Counted from the stretch's first letter, positions 1 through 11,814 are shown. The stretch is 60,982 bases of DNA from an uncultured archaeon (GCA_964610875.1 CAZSWP010000022.1:1-60982); one strand, 5' to 3'. Numbers and translations: made by a program. Notes: a model not told the origin generated them from the letters alone.

Positions 1-223
1 GTATTGTTCCTGCTGTTGGCTTATCAAGTGCTCCTAGCATTTTTAACAATGTAGACTTGCCTGAACCACTAGGTCCTACAATAGACAGAAACTCGCCGCT
101 TCCTACCTCGAAGTCAATCCCTCTCAGGGCTATGACCTCTTTCATTCCACGTTTGTAGACTTTCATCAAGTCTCTGACGACAATTTTGTATTGTTCTCCA
201 AGTTGTTCAAGATTTTCTGCCAT
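1..223 (-). CDS. ABC transporter ATP-binding protein (LolD/MacB type), N-terminal part, runs off window start
   Basis: Manual translation from ATG at 223: [72 protein letters not shown]; Walker A GPSGSGKS; not in ORF track. Confidence 0.92.
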   Translation of the reverse strand, partial: MAENLEQLGEQYKIVVRDLMKVYKRGMKEVIALRGIDFEVGSGEFLSIVGPSGSGKSTLLKMLGALDKPTAGTI

Positions 224-228
224 TCCTA

Positions 229-3072
229 TCACTCCATGTATTGTATTTCTTCTGCAATATTTCTTCCAAGTACTCTTCTTGTCACCATGAATGTAGCAAT
301 TAACGAAAACATAATAGTAACACCAATGATTGCCATCAATGTCATGTAAGGCACGTATATCATGACAGGTAAACGTAACCAGAGTCGGCTACTTGTACCA
401 CCCATATAAACTAGAGGAATGTTCACGGCAAATGCACTGAGTCCTAGTCCAAGTGCGCCTCCAATTCCTGCTGCAATTAGCAGACTGATTAGCGTGTCTA
501 TCAATGCCGCTGAGGTTATCGATCCGCTTTCAGCTCCTAGCGCTCTCATAACAGAATATTGCTTCTTTAGAGAACGTGTCCGAACCGTAGTAACAGTGAC
601 CATTCCCAATGTTAGATAGATAATTGAGAAGATCACATTCAATGTATAGACACCATATATCGACTGTCCCGCTCGTGATTGAGTACTCTCGTTGATATTC
701 GTGTAAGGAGATTCCATCGATTCAAATGAAAATGGTGCAATATCATTAATTGCCCTCATGATATCAAGATAGTTGTTTGTATCGTCTATCGAAACCAAAA
801 ATCGGTTTACATGAGTTGTATTGAGGACTTCATGAATCCAGTCCAGGTTCATTACAACAAATCTCTCTTGATTTGGTTCACCAGGCAAATATTTCGCACT
901 GTATTGTTCTTCACTATCTGCCAAGACATCTACAATCGTACAATCGGTGTGATTTATTCCATCTGGGTCATGTAGATACACATCAATATCATCTCCATAT
1001 ACAGGTGTCCGTGCCCAACCAGAGCCAGTATAATGATCAATCGGTTTGAATGATGCAAGAACGTTGGTATGATCATCTACAAGCAATTGTAATGCCTCTG
1101 ATGGATACATCTCATATGTGAAATAGGGGAGCCAGAAACCTGCTTCTAACCAACTCATCGGATCTACCGCATAGATAGTCATAGTTGTATTGACACGATT
1201 CAAGTATCCCCAATCATCAGTTATGTAGCGTACATTCCCTCCAAATTTCAGTACTGGGGCAACTGCTAAAACACCGTCGACTGCAGTAATATTCTCAATC
1301 AAATCAGTAGTGACATTGCTCATAGATGATTTCACATCTATTGTGATATCCGCACCAGTCTGGAATTTATAGAGCTCGGTCATGTGTTGATATCCGGTAT
1401 CTGCTGAAATCGATGCAAAGACACTTGCAGTGAAAACCATGGCAATGAACATGACTCCCAATGCTTCACTTTTTTTGTAGAGACCTACATTACGGGCTAT
1501 CACTCTCGTTCCAACACTAAGAGGAATACGTTTGAAACGAGCCATCAAAGCTGATTTTATCTGTGAGGCTGGTCGTGATGTCAATCTCGTTGCTGATATG
1601 ATTAGTGCAGCAAAAATAGGAATCAGCATGATTAGGAATGGTGCTGCCATCATACCATATGCGCCCATATATGCCATAGCCTGTAGAATTGGTAGAGCTA
1701 TATATGCAGAAATACCTAGTACGGCAAGGTCTACTAATGGATTGCCCATTGTTTCTTTCTCTACAAGTATGTTTCTTTCTAATTCCGCATGAGCTTCAGT
1801 TGCACTCATTAGATATACCTTAACTGCAACTGGAATTGCTACTAAGAGTCCAACACCAAACGAGAACGCAAAAACACTGATGACTGCAATTGGTTGTAAA
1901 AGCAACGTGAATTCTGCAAGTTGTTCCAAACTGAAAGTCAAGAAGGTTTTTACGGAACTTGAAAGGTATGTTGCCAAAATCCCAACGAATACCGCTCCCA
2001 GACTTCCTATTCCACCAGTCAAGAGTGCACTACTAATTATCCATTTGAATGCTTGAACTCCAGATGCACCTCTTGTTTTCAGAGTACCAACATCTCTTCT
2101 TCTTTCATCGCTTAGTAATGTTGAATTATAGTAAACAAGAAGTATTCCCATGAATATGGTTGGAATTGAAAACGCCACTGCTATTCCGGTGAGTCCAATT
2201 GCCCAAGATGTATATTGAAGAACTGATTCTCTGAGACTAAATTGCGAAACCATACCATATGGTAACGCGTCTTGTTCGATTCTTCGCTTCACATCATCTA
2301 AGTCATCAAGTATTTGAGTTGTGTCCGTCTGTAGAATCTGAGTTTCATCCAGATTAACCCAGACTCGTTCACTGATTCTTTCCCAATACCCAAAGCCAAC
2401 TTCTCCCAGACCATCCAGAATTCCATCTCTGGTTGTAATCATCTTCAATGTCGTTTGTTCTTCTGTGGGTCCATAATAATACCATATCTGTTCCATAAAG
2501 ATATTAGATTCAAAAGTACCCACAATCTCGTACGTATGATTCACTTCATTGTATTCGTAGGTTTCTTCATCCCATGTTTCTACTATGACCGTAAAATCGT
2601 CACCAATTGAATACCCCTGTTCTTGGAGGAAATCATTTTCCATGTAACAGGTGTCATCTGTCAAAGCAGGAAGCCCACTCTCAGTTTCAACAGCTAGTGG
2701 GAACTTATTAAAGAAACCATCTTCGACTCCTAGGTATGTATGTTGTCCTGAATAGTAATGTCCCTCGTCTTCATCATAATAGTGGGCCCAAGTAGATAAT
2801 GTAGCTATCCACTCGTATTCGTTTACAAGATCTTGCTGTGAAATCGCTTCAATTATGTCTTGATGCGTAGTTTGATTTTGATTATAGAAACTACTTGTCA
2901 CACTTACTTCCATATCATAATAGGTTTCACTCGTGAAGTCTTCCAAAACAGTTGGACCTGCACTGTCCATATAGAAAAGTATACTCCCTAGAACTCCAGC
3001 TGAGAGTGAGAATACTAGCAGTGTCACAACCACTTGAGGTGCATTTGCAGTCAAACGTGAGAAAAGGAACAT
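229..3072 (-). CDS. Large ABC permease, tandem MacB/FtsX domains
   Basis: Two FtsX signatures ([15 protein letters not shown]; [13 protein letters not shown]), two extracytoplasmic domains, multiple TM helices; flanked by ABC ATPases. Confidence 0.88.
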   Translation of the reverse strand: MFLFSRLTANAPQVVVTLLVFSLSAGVLGSILFYMDSAGPTVLEDFTSETYYDMEVSVTSSFYNQNQTTHQDIIEAISQQDLVNEYEWIATLSTWAHYYDEDEGHYYSGQHTYLGVEDGFFNKFPLAVETESGLPALTDDTCYMENDFLQEQGYSIGDDFTVIVETWDEETYEYNEVNHTYEIVGTFESNIFMEQIWYYYGPTEEQTTLKMITTRDGILDGLGEVGFGYWERISERVWVNLDETQILQTDTTQILDDLDDVKRRIEQDALPYGMVSQFSLRESVLQYTSWAIGLTGIAVAFSIPTIFMGILLVYYNSTLLSDERRRDVGTLKTRGASGVQAFKWIISSALLTGGIGSLGAVFVGILATYLSSSVKTFLTFSLEQLAEFTLLLQPIAVISVFAFSFGVGLLVAIPVAVKVYLMSATEAHAELERNILVEKETMGNPLVDLAVLGISAYIALPILQAMAYMGAYGMMAAPFLIMLIPIFAALIISATRLTSRPASQIKSALMARFKRIPLSVGTRVIARNVGLYKKSEALGVMFIAMVFTASVFASISADTGYQHMTELYKFQTGADITIDVKSSMSNVTTDLIENITAVDGVLAVAPVLKFGGNVRYITDDWGYLNRVNTTMTIYAVDPMSWLEAGFWLPYFTYEMYPSEALQLLVDDHTNVLASFKPIDHYTGSGWARTPVYGDDIDVYLHDPDGINHTDCTIVDVLADSEEQYSAKYLPGEPNQERFVVMNLDWIHEVLNTTHVNRFLVSIDDTNNYLDIMRAINDIAPFSFESMESPYTNINESTQSRAGQSIYGVYTLNVIFSIIYLTLGMVTVTTVRTRSLKKQYSVMRALGAESGSITSAALIDTLISLLIAAGIGGALGLGLSAFAVNIPLVYMGGTSSRLWLRLPVMIYVPYMTLMAIIGVTIMFSLIATFMVTRRVLGRNIAEEIQYME

Positions 3073-5880
3073 CTATAGATCCCCTCCATATGGTCCGGAT
3101 TCAGCCCAGGTTGCATTAAGACTCGTTGATAGACTGATTCTTGTACTTAGGGATGCAACAACCAAGATGAATATGGATATTGCACCAATAAAGAAAATCA
3201 GAACAGCAATCATTGTACTATATGGAAATACTGGGAATATCGATACTGGGAATATGTATGTAGAAGTGTTGTAGATAAGAAGTGCATTTGTGATATGAAT
3301 TGGTGAATATATCAATAGTAATCCTAGACCTATTACCATCAACACAGCCATCTCCGCAACCTGTGCTTTGATAACATGGTTTCTTTCTGCACCCATTGCT
3401 CTTAGTAAAGCAATCTCTCGTTTCCTTGCTGTCACACCTTCAAATGCATAGATTGCGAAGGCTCCAAAGATGATTGCTACTGTGGTGATTGTCAACATGG
3501 TGTCTACTGCTCTATCTATCTGGTATGATGTCTGTCCTAGGAAACCTTCAACATCATAACTTACGGAAGCCCATCCTTCAGAAGAGTAAATGACCGTATT
3601 TCCTCCTGCATTGATTATATCTTCCACAAGTTCTGTTGAATTGGCCCCTTCTTGAGTACGGACACATAGTATGCTTTCGGAATTGTTCACTAGGGTTAGT
3701 TGTTCATTGAGATAATCCTTGTTTACCCACATTGTGTTAAGACCAATATACCTATACCACCACCAACTGTCACTTTCCCAACCTGTGTCTGTATAGCTTG
3801 CATCGGACAATGCTTCAACAATACCAATTATACTGAATGCAAAAACCTGTTCAACATCTTCGCCTGCATATGCGAATGCGCGCAATGAGTCGCCAACAGA
3901 TACATCATATGAATCTGCTATGTCACTTGTAAGAATGATTCCAGTGGGATTGCTTTCCATGGAATCCAACATGGACCCAATCGCCGAGCTGTCCAAAGGG
4001 ATTCCTCGATAGTCATATCCAACGCGTTGATACTCTGTTGGATTCATAGCAAGCACTGATACTTGCCCTCGGTATCCTGCACTTAGATACAGATTCAATC
4101 GAGATACAAGTGTCGAGTATTCATGTATTGCATGGGATGTTACATTAGTCGTGAAGTTTGTCCAATGTTCATTAGTCAAAGGTTCCAGATGAAATGCAAC
4201 ATCTCCACCAAAGGCAAACCGTGCTTGGTTAACTTTAGTCTGAGGTAGTGAAGCATCAATTGTTGCATTTGTCCAAGCTAAGCTCATTGCTAAAACCAAT
4301 ACAATAATAGCTGGTCCTGCCGAAGATGCACTTTTTCCTATCCTACGAACTCCCACCGAAGCGGGCATTTCTCCAACCACTCTAGAGATCTTTTCGGCAA
4401 TTGGATTGGCTGTTCTTCTAATGAATTTGACAGTCAGACTTGCGAGAGCTATGAATGTAGCTAATGGTGTTAAACCTACTATCATTCCCAGAAATGGTAT
4501 AGCTTGAAGAATTGTCCCAGCACCACTCATCAATATAAGAATAAGAATGGATAGTCCCAGTACAAGAATATCCCATCTTATGAAGGCGAGACCTCGTGCC
4601 AATTTGGAAAGTCTTCCAGTTCCTTCTTCGGCTCTTCTTTTCGTTGAAAAAATTGCGTTATATGATAAGAAACTGAGAACAGGAAGTAGAAAGCCTACAA
4701 GGATTGCCATTATAATGGATTCCAAGCTGACAAGTAATGGTTCGGTATATATCAGAGTTAGATCGAACTCAAAGAAACCCGTTGAAGCAATTGCGAACCT
4801 GCTGAACAATATTCCTAGACCAAGTCCAATAATAGAGCCCAGAACTGAGAGCGTTACAATCTCCTTAAAAATTCGTTTTTCTACATCTCCTTTAGAAGCA
4901 CCTCTTGCCATCAACATATTGTTCTCATATCGCCTCTCATTTACATTGTGTCGAATTGCAAGGAACATAACAAGAACTACAAGGAGTAGTGCACCGCTGG
5001 CTCTCAGAACCTGACTGATTCTCATATTGGTTTGCCAGTACATATATTGCCGTACTTTGTTGCCAATGATATTTTGAACGTAGTATCTTGAGTAACCATA
5101 TGGGGAATTGTAGTTGTGATCTAGCGCTCTGATTGATTCTTCAATCTCAGTCAGGTAGGTATAGCTACCTCGGGAGTCAAATGGAGTTAGTGGTGAACGA
5201 TCAACATCGATATGTATTTCATGTCTTATATCATCATCATACAACAATGATTCATTAACAATTGCTTCTATATAGGAATAATAGTAATAGTATTGATTTG
5301 AGTATTCATACGGATTGTACATTGTGAAACTGCCAACAACTGTGAGTAATACAGATTCCTGTTCCCATTCATTCCAACCGGTTGTATAGTTGACTATATC
5401 TCCTATTTCGATATCCGCCCATTGCATCATTTGTACATTTATCATTATCTCGCTTTCATTCTCGGGAAATGTTCCAGAAGCAAGTTGGAAATATCCTGGG
5501 AATGCTTCGTAGTACTCTTCATTATTGGCCATCACTGAGATATGATGGTACTCATTTTCGAATTCGGAGATTGGATTATAGATTTGTGCGTAACTTGTCT
5601 GTATTGAAGCAACCTTTGTTACACCATCAATATTCTCCACTCTAGATGTAATTGATGATAAATCTTGTATTTCCCAGCTTTCAACAATCATTGCAATGGG
5701 TCCTACAGTTGATAATTGGTTATCCCATTCGTGCACCGAATATGAATCAACATATACAAGTAATCCCATAGCCATGGAACTCGCTAGGAGAATGCATAAC
5801 AGAGTGACTCCCTTTCTGCGAAGGCTTTGAACACCTTCATATCCTACCGGAATAGCTGACATTCTAAACCCCTCACGCAA
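3073..5880 (-). CDS. Large ABC permease, tandem MacB/FtsX domains
   Basis: ERRYENNMLMARGAS and RKREIALLRAMGAE FtsX motifs; same architecture as its neighbour; true start may be the second Met (MSAIP). Confidence 0.88.
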   Translation of the reverse strand: MREGFRMSAIPVGYEGVQSLRRKGVTLLCILLASSMAMGLLVYVDSYSVHEWDNQLSTVGPIAMIVESWEIQDLSSITSRVENIDGVTKVASIQTSYAQIYNPISEFENEYHHISVMANNEEYYEAFPGYFQLASGTFPENESEIMINVQMMQWADIEIGDIVNYTTGWNEWEQESVLLTVVGSFTMYNPYEYSNQYYYYYSYIEAIVNESLLYDDDIRHEIHIDVDRSPLTPFDSRGSYTYLTEIEESIRALDHNYNSPYGYSRYYVQNIIGNKVRQYMYWQTNMRISQVLRASGALLLVVLVMFLAIRHNVNERRYENNMLMARGASKGDVEKRIFKEIVTLSVLGSIIGLGLGILFSRFAIASTGFFEFDLTLIYTEPLLVSLESIIMAILVGFLLPVLSFLSYNAIFSTKRRAEEGTGRLSKLARGLAFIRWDILVLGLSILILILMSGAGTILQAIPFLGMIVGLTPLATFIALASLTVKFIRRTANPIAEKISRVVGEMPASVGVRRIGKSASSAGPAIIVLVLAMSLAWTNATIDASLPQTKVNQARFAFGGDVAFHLEPLTNEHWTNFTTNVTSHAIHEYSTLVSRLNLYLSAGYRGQVSVLAMNPTEYQRVGYDYRGIPLDSSAIGSMLDSMESNPTGIILTSDIADSYDVSVGDSLRAFAYAGEDVEQVFAFSIIGIVEALSDASYTDTGWESDSWWWYRYIGLNTMWVNKDYLNEQLTLVNNSESILCVRTQEGANSTELVEDIINAGGNTVIYSSEGWASVSYDVEGFLGQTSYQIDRAVDTMLTITTVAIIFGAFAIYAFEGVTARKREIALLRAMGAERNHVIKAQVAEMAVLMVIGLGLLLIYSPIHITNALLIYNTSTYIFPVSIFPVFPYSTMIAVLIFFIGAISIFILVVASLSTRISLSTSLNATWAESGPYGGDL

Positions 5881-6583
5881 CTCCCTCGATTAAGCCGTCT
5901 CGCATCTTGTAGACTTTGTCCATTTTCTTACCAACTTCAGGATCGTGTGTTACAACAATCAGCGTACCACCTTCTCCTTTTGTGAGTTTGATTAGAACCT
6001 CCATAATCTCTTCACCAGTGTGTGTATCGAGATCTCCTGTTGGCTCATCAGCTAACACCACAACTGATTTTGTTGCTTCGGGGGCTTTCGCTAGAGCACG
6101 TGCTATTGCCACTCGTTGCTGTTCACCACCACTCAATTCATCTGGACGGTGTTCAGCTCTATCCATAAGACCGACTAAACCAAGCAAGTATTCGACCCGT
6201 TCTCTTCTTGATTCCTCGTCAATTCCTGCAATAAGAAGAGGTAGCTCTACATTCTCATAAGCTGAGAGCACTGGTAGTAGGTTGAAAAACTGGAAGACAA
6301 AACTAATCTTATCCCTTCTAATTTTCGTTAGCTCACTCTCAGGCATATTCGTGATATTGACACCGTCAATTACAACCTGCCCGTTTGTTGGTTTGTCGAG
6401 TGCTCCAATTAGATTCAACAATGTGGTCTTTCCAGATCCACTAGGACCCATTATTCCAATAGCTTCTCCCTTTGTGACTTGCAAAGATACATCACGGAGT
6501 GCTGAGACTTGTATATCTCCCATGGAATAGATACGGGACACTGAGGCTAGGTCAACAATTACTTCTTCGGTCATTATTCTCAT
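5873..6583 (-). CDS. ABC transporter ATP-binding protein (LolD/MacB type)
   Basis: GPSGSGKT, FVFQFFNL, LSGGEQQRVAIARAL, LADEPTGDLD, VVTHD. Confidence 0.95.
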   Translation of the reverse strand: MRIMTEEVIVDLASVSRIYSMGDIQVSALRDVSLQVTKGEAIGIMGPSGSGKTTLLNLIGALDKPTNGQVVIDGVNITNMPESELTKIRRDKISFVFQFFNLLPVLSAYENVELPLLIAGIDEESRRERVEYLLGLVGLMDRAEHRPDELSGGEQQRVAIARALAKAPEATKSVVVLADEPTGDLDTHTGEEIMEVLIKLTKGEGGTLIVVTHDPEVGKKMDKVYKMRDGLIEGVA

Positions 6584-6773
6584 CCATCTTCCGAAACAAC
6601 CATCGAATTTATCACGATGTTATGTTATTATGGTTTACTCTTCACGCTTTTCTGAATCCTAATAATGTATTCCCTGAATTGAATAATGTACTAATATTTG
6701 AAAATCATCATATTACTGTTAGACGAAGATTTATCTACATATAGAGCATTTATGTCCATAGAATAGTTGAGAG

Positions 6774-7433
6774 ATGTTGCATATGACAGAGGACATAATG
6801 TCGATGAAGTATGAGTTCTTCAGTTGGAGGGGTTTTGCTGTTGGTGCTTTGGTCATCGGAGCAGCTCTTATTCTTCAGTCTATCATAGGATTCCCACAAA
6901 TATGGATTGAGTCTCCTGTTGCGTATTCATTCTTCATTGCAGTATCTATGTTTATTGTGGGCTTTTCAAGTGGGAGTGTGTTAATCTTTCTCTTTCCTCC
7001 CGATCAAGATGTGATTGGTATTGCTGGACTTGGAAGTGATGATATAACTCAACACATGGCACTCTTCCTTGTCATTCTCGCACTCATTCAACCACTCTTC
7101 TCAGGATTTGTCTTCTTCTTTGATTATTTCGGACAGGACCCATTTGCCGTGATATGGGTTATTGTTGGTTTTGCAGCTCCGAGTGCTGGATTTACTGCTG
7201 CAATGTATGACAGGACCCATGCAATCGCCTCAGATCTCAGAATCTACTTTAGTCATCATAGAACCATGGATTTAGTAACCCTCGATTGGTTACATGGTCT
7301 TGGTCCCCGAACTGCAGTATATAGAATGGGGATGCTGGAAAATGCTGCGCAAAGGATTGATAATGTTAGAATTAGAGGACATGAACTTGTTAGAGAGGCA
7401 GACCCGTACCCGATAAATCCACCGGAAGAATAA
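6774..7433 (+). CDS. Hypothetical membrane protein (~4 TM + soluble C-terminus)
   Basis: 219-aa ORF with four hydrophobic segments. Confidence 0.75.
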   Translation: MLHMTEDIMSMKYEFFSWRGFAVGALVIGAALILQSIIGFPQIWIESPVAYSFFIAVSMFIVGFSSGSVLIFLFPPDQDVIGIAGLGSDDITQHMALFLVILALIQPLFSGFVFFFDYFGQDPFAVIWVIVGFAAPSAGFTAAMYDRTHAIASDLRIYFSHHRTMDLVTLDWLHGLGPRTAVYRMGMLENAAQRIDNVRIRGHELVREADPYPINPPEE

Positions 7434-7438
7434 ACGAA

Positions 7439-7750
7439 TCAATGACGTTTTCTTATATGAGCTGCTAGCCCCTCTTCAGTCCATGCGACCCAGTCACATT
7501 TCAAGCAGGTTAGTTTTTTACTTCCCGTACCAAAACGAGGAGGAGGTTTCTCTTCAAGCTCGTAAATTGTACCTCCGTAACCACTGCGTTTCTTGGTTGT
7601 AATCTTGAATCTTTTCTTGAAACAATCTTCACATATTCCTAGACGTTTCATTTCGTCAACCGCAAATTGCTCTTCTAGCGTTTTAGCTAATCTAGGCATT
7701 TCAAATGTATTGCCACAGCTTTCGCAGTATTCGACTATATTTACCACCAC
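7439..7750 (-). CDS. Small zinc-finger protein (CxxC...CxxC plus C-terminal C2H2)
   Basis: CESC...CEDC and CLKCDWVAWTEEGLAAHIRKRH. Confidence 0.75.
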   Translation of the reverse strand: MVVNIVEYCESCGNTFEMPRLAKTLEEQFAVDEMKRLGICEDCFKKRFKITTKKRSGYGGTIYELEEKPPPRFGTGSKKLTCLKCDWVAWTEEGLAAHIRKRH

Positions 7751-7887
7751 TTAGTATAGAAGCATTGAATGGTTTCTAATGATATAGATTCTAGATACTT
7801 AATGCACCTTATTTCTTTTATCACGATAACCCCATAATGCACTATGTACTGCTGATGCATAAGATACACGGCGCTATGTAAAGGTGT

Positions 7888-9312
7888 CTACAATGTCTTA
7901 GAAAAGAACTCCGCAGCCGTCATAAAGACTGCTTCAACTCCTTCACCTGTTTTGCATGAAGTTTCAATAAACCCAACAGGATGAATTTGTTCTTCCGTGC
8001 CTAACGCATTAGCAATCCTCTCTGCGAGTTTGAAACCTTCATCACTAGTAACGCAAGGTTCTAGTGGGTCTGAATCCGTGCTTTCTCTGGCATCTTTTTT
8101 GTTCGCTACAATAATGATTGGTGGTGGTTTATCTGAAAGTACGGTAGATTCTTTGAGCCAAAAGTCTACACTTTCAAAACTCCATCGGTCTTCTATACTA
8201 TATACTATAATTGCAACATCAACATCACTATAGTATGTCTGTCTGTTTATTTTAGCATCAACTGCAGCGTCGAAATCCCAGACATGGAGATCTACTCTAT
8301 GAGTTGGTGTCTTTTGAACTCCAATAAAGCAGAACGTTTCTGTTTCTGAAAACTCATCTTCTGTTCGTAGATTTGCAGATTTAATAAGTGATGATTTTCC
8401 AACTCCCACTTCTCCTACAATAATTACCTTTGCTTGGATGAGTGGTTTTACTGCGTGAGAGGGTTGCGCTATTAGTTCTTTAATAACAGGTTCCGGTTCA
8501 GCGGGTTCTTCCATTATTGTTGTATCTTTTATTTCTGGTTGTGTTTCTTCTAATAATTCATCAGCCAACTCAACTTCTTCAGAAGCCATATGCACGTCTT
8601 CTGAATCAGGTGTTTCATGTATTGCTTCCTCAATATCCGGTGGAGGCAACTCTTCTAGCTCGATTTCTTTTGGAACATTGTTAGGAACTGTCGGTTGTGA
8701 TTTTGTAGAGGCAACTATCTCCTCTGAACCTGAGAGAGAGATTGATATCTTTGCAGGTGGCGATGGAGGTTGCTCTTCTTGCCTAGTTCTTGGTGCCATA
8801 AATGAATCACTTATTGATTCGACAACAGAAAGGGCTTCTTCGATGTCTGGTAAGTCATCTTTCGAAAGTGAATCTTTTTTTGGTGTTTCAATTGTTGTTA
8901 CTGGACTATCCTCATTTTTCACCACTTCATGTGTTCTTACCACGGGGTGCTCTAGAGTTTCTACTATTTCTTCATCTTGTATTTCGACTACCACTTTTTC
9001 TGAATGTGATTTTGCCACCTCCTTCTCATCTTCCATCATAGAATCAGGAGCAAGAATCATTTTTGCCTGTGGTACTCCTATGCTCACTATAGTATCTCTT
9101 AGCACTCCCGGAGGGAGAATCTTTCCTCGGTTTTTGAAATATGAATCAACTTCTTCGAGAACATCATCAAAAGAACGAGCTTTCACTTTGATTTTTTTCT
9201 TAACAAGTCCTCTATCACGTAGCTCAACGTATCCGGGTAATAGTGCAAGAGCAACTGTTGTACCTGGTACTCTCACGTAGGCTCGCGTCTCCAAAATGGC
9301 TTTGATAGTCAA
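7888..9312 (-). CDS. Rab/Ras-like small GTPase domain with N-terminal domain and long acidic linker
   Basis: G1 GEVGVGKSS, degenerate G3 WDFDA, G4 ANKKD, G5 ETSCKTG; Rab-like VYSIEDRWSFESVDFW. Confidence 0.85.
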   Translation of the reverse strand: MTIKAILETRAYVRVPGTTVALALLPGYVELRDRGLVKKKIKVKARSFDDVLEEVDSYFKNRGKILPPGVLRDTIVSIGVPQAKMILAPDSMMEDEKEVAKSHSEKVVVEIQDEEIVETLEHPVVRTHEVVKNEDSPVTTIETPKKDSLSKDDLPDIEEALSVVESISDSFMAPRTRQEEQPPSPPAKISISLSGSEEIVASTKSQPTVPNNVPKEIELEELPPPDIEEAIHETPDSEDVHMASEEVELADELLEETQPEIKDTTIMEEPAEPEPVIKELIAQPSHAVKPLIQAKVIIVGEVGVGKSSLIKSANLRTEDEFSETETFCFIGVQKTPTHRVDLHVWDFDAAVDAKINRQTYYSDVDVAIIVYSIEDRWSFESVDFWLKESTVLSDKPPPIIIVANKKDARESTDSDPLEPCVTSDEGFKLAERIANALGTEEQIHPVGFIETSCKTGEGVEAVFMTAAEFFSKTL

Positions 9313-9421
9313 GAGTGATTTGCGAGTCTTAACTGTTTCGGGACTGAATATAAATTAGACTCTATTGTTCCATAGAAAGAAATATCTCTGATTATTCCTG
9401 TCAATGAATTAGGTTGTTACT

Positions 9422-9982
9422 GTGGCTGAGGTAAATTTCATAGATTATGTAGAGGTCATCGAGGATTGGCCAGAGCCGGGAAAAGCTGTCTGTGATATAA
9501 GCAGACTGCTTGAGCATCCCAATGTATTTCATGAAGCTGTAGTTGCATTAGCAAAACCCTTCGTAGAAGTACAACCAAACAAAGTCATCGGAATAGAACA
9601 GAGAGGTCTGGCTCTAGGCAGCGCTATCGCATACTACTTAGGCTGCGGTATTGTGCCAGCTAGATCTATCGCCTACATGCCTGATGATTATAGCAGACCT
9701 GTTGAGTTTCTACCATCTAGTAGATTGGCAGATAGAAGGCTAGCACTCGTTTCTGAGTCAATTGATCCTGGGGATCGAGTTGCGATTGTTGATGACTGGG
9801 TTGTAAAGGGGACATCAGTTCTTGCTGTGAAGAACATAGTAGAGAAGTTAGACGCTCAGGTTGTTGGATTAGCTTGTGTGATCAATAATCTAAGTGAAAC
9901 CAGACTGAAACTCCTCGGTAGAATTGAAGTATATTCTCTGATAGAGAATCTGCAATCAGATGTCCTCAATCCTGGTGATTAA
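9422..9982 (+). CDS. apt: Adenine phosphoribosyltransferase-like (type I PRTase)
   Basis: DWPEPGKAVCDISRLL, GIEQRGLALG, RVAIVDDWVVKGTS (divergent PRPP loop). Confidence 0.75.
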   Translation: MAEVNFIDYVEVIEDWPEPGKAVCDISRLLEHPNVFHEAVVALAKPFVEVQPNKVIGIEQRGLALGSAIAYYLGCGIVPARSIAYMPDDYSRPVEFLPSSRLADRRLALVSESIDPGDRVAIVDDWVVKGTSVLAVKNIVEKLDAQVVGLACVINNLSETRLKLLGRIEVYSLIENLQSDVLNPGD

Positions 9983-10015
9983 TCGCCAAAAAATAGTTTA
10001 CCAAAATAAAATGCA

Positions 10016-10058
10016 GGAGACCCAGATTTTCTGGGGTCTCCTCATTATGTTATTTTTT
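10016..10058. terminator. Hairpin between convergent genes, probable bidirectional terminator
   Basis: ggagacccaga-ttt-tctggggtctcc with A-rich left flank and T-tract right flank. Confidence 0.6.
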
Positions 10059-11737
10059 CTAGTCTTCCTGTTCTCGCAATTCCCTGCGTAAGACCTTTCC
10101 TACCATTGTCTTTGGTAGAGTGTCTACAAATTCCACATCTGTTGGAACTTTATAGACAGACATCTTTTCCTTGCAGAATGACCGAATCTCATCAACAGTA
10201 GATGTTTGACCAGATTCTAAAACGATGAAAGCTTTTACAGTTTCTCCACGCTTTTCGTCGGGGATTCCTATGACAGCTGCTTCCATTACTTTTGGATGCT
10301 CAAAGAGAACCTCTTCTACTTCATTAGGCCATACCTTGTATCCTGAAGCATTGATTAGATCCTTTTTACGATCTACAATGTATGTCCAACCATCAGGATC
10401 CATTTTGGCAATGTCTCCAGTAATGAGCCATCCATCACTTGTCAATACATCTGTCGTTTCATCAGGACGATTATGATAACCTTTCATCACCTGTGGTCCT
10501 TTCACTGCAAGCTCTCCAACCTCACCTGGTGAAAGCACTTTCGTTTTATCGTCCAAGTCAACGATTTTGCAATCAGTGCTTGGGAAGGGTAACCCAATAG
10601 ATCCTACCTTTCTGAGTTCCTTATCTAGAGGATTTGCGTGAGTTACTGGTGATGCCTCACTGAGGCCATATCCTTCAATGATTATTGAATTAGTTGCTGC
10701 TTCAAATCTACGGGTGACTTCAGGAGGAAGTGCCATTGCTCCGGCTATGGATAATTTTAGTGATGTGATGTCGTATTTTGCAACCTCTGGATGTGAGTAG
10801 ATTGCTATTGCCATAGTTGCAACGATTGGGAAGAAAGTAGGTTTGAGGTCATCAATAGATTCTTGATATCTCTAGCATTTGGGATAAGTATGATACCACA
10901 TCCCCAAGAGATTGCAAGATTCATTGAAACAGTTTGACCAAAGATGTGCTGAATTGGCAGTGCTGCTACAAACTTTTCTTTACCTCTATCTGCCATCCAT
11001 GACATCCAAGACGCACACTGTTCACAGTTTGCCTTCAGATTGTTATGAGTCAACATTGCTGCTTTCGGTATCCCAGTTGTGCCCCCGGTAAATTGATAAA
11101 CTGCAAGATCATTGTCGGCATCTATCTCAACTGTAGGGCATTCGGGAATTAGAGAATCTATCCAATCGTTCCATTCGAGATCTCCTTCTTGTAATGACGG
11201 GACTTCTTTCATCTCTTTTCGGTATACTAGCATTGGAGCAAGAATCTGCTTCAATTTGCTCATGGGGTCCCATGCAGCTGTAACAATTACGTTTTCCAAG
11301 CTAGTTTCTTCTCTCACTGCTTGAACACTCTTGTAGAAGAAATTCAGCGTGACGATAGTCTTTGCTTTTGTATCCTGAAGATAGATTCGTAATTCCTTTG
11401 GCATTGCCAAGGGATTCACGGGTACTATTGTTGCCCCACATTTCAGTGCTGCGTAGTATGATATCACAAACTGCGGACAGTTTGGCAGCATTATAGCTAC
11501 AGCATCTCCCTTCTTTACTCCTAATTTAGAAAACCCACAAGCAGCTTTGTCAACAAGTTCTCCAAGTTCCTGATAAGTAATTTCAACTCCTTCATAGTAG
11601 AGTGCAATATTTTCAGGGAACTCTGCTATGGCTCTATCCAGATACCCATATAATGGTCCATCTGGTAGAGTGATTTCTTTGGGAGTGTCTCCCACATAAT
11701 GTTTGTACCATGGTCGATCCAAATGTTCTCTCTCCAT
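10059..11737 (-). pseudogene. fadD: Long-chain fatty acid--CoA ligase split by one frameshift (~10855); pseudogene or assembly error
   Basis: ORF 10805-11767 has FTGGTTGIPKAAMLTH; ORF 10059-10814 has EGYGLSEASP, GELAVKGPQVMKGY, TGDIA, LPKTMVGK; the -1 frame continues IDDLKPTFFPIVATMAIAI; likely start ATG 11737. Confidence 0.85.
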
Positions 11738-11814
11738 AATCCAAGCGATTATTCGTAATACTATCACGATTTATTGTGTAACATAAATCCTTTCCGATAC
11801 CCTAAAAAATTCAA

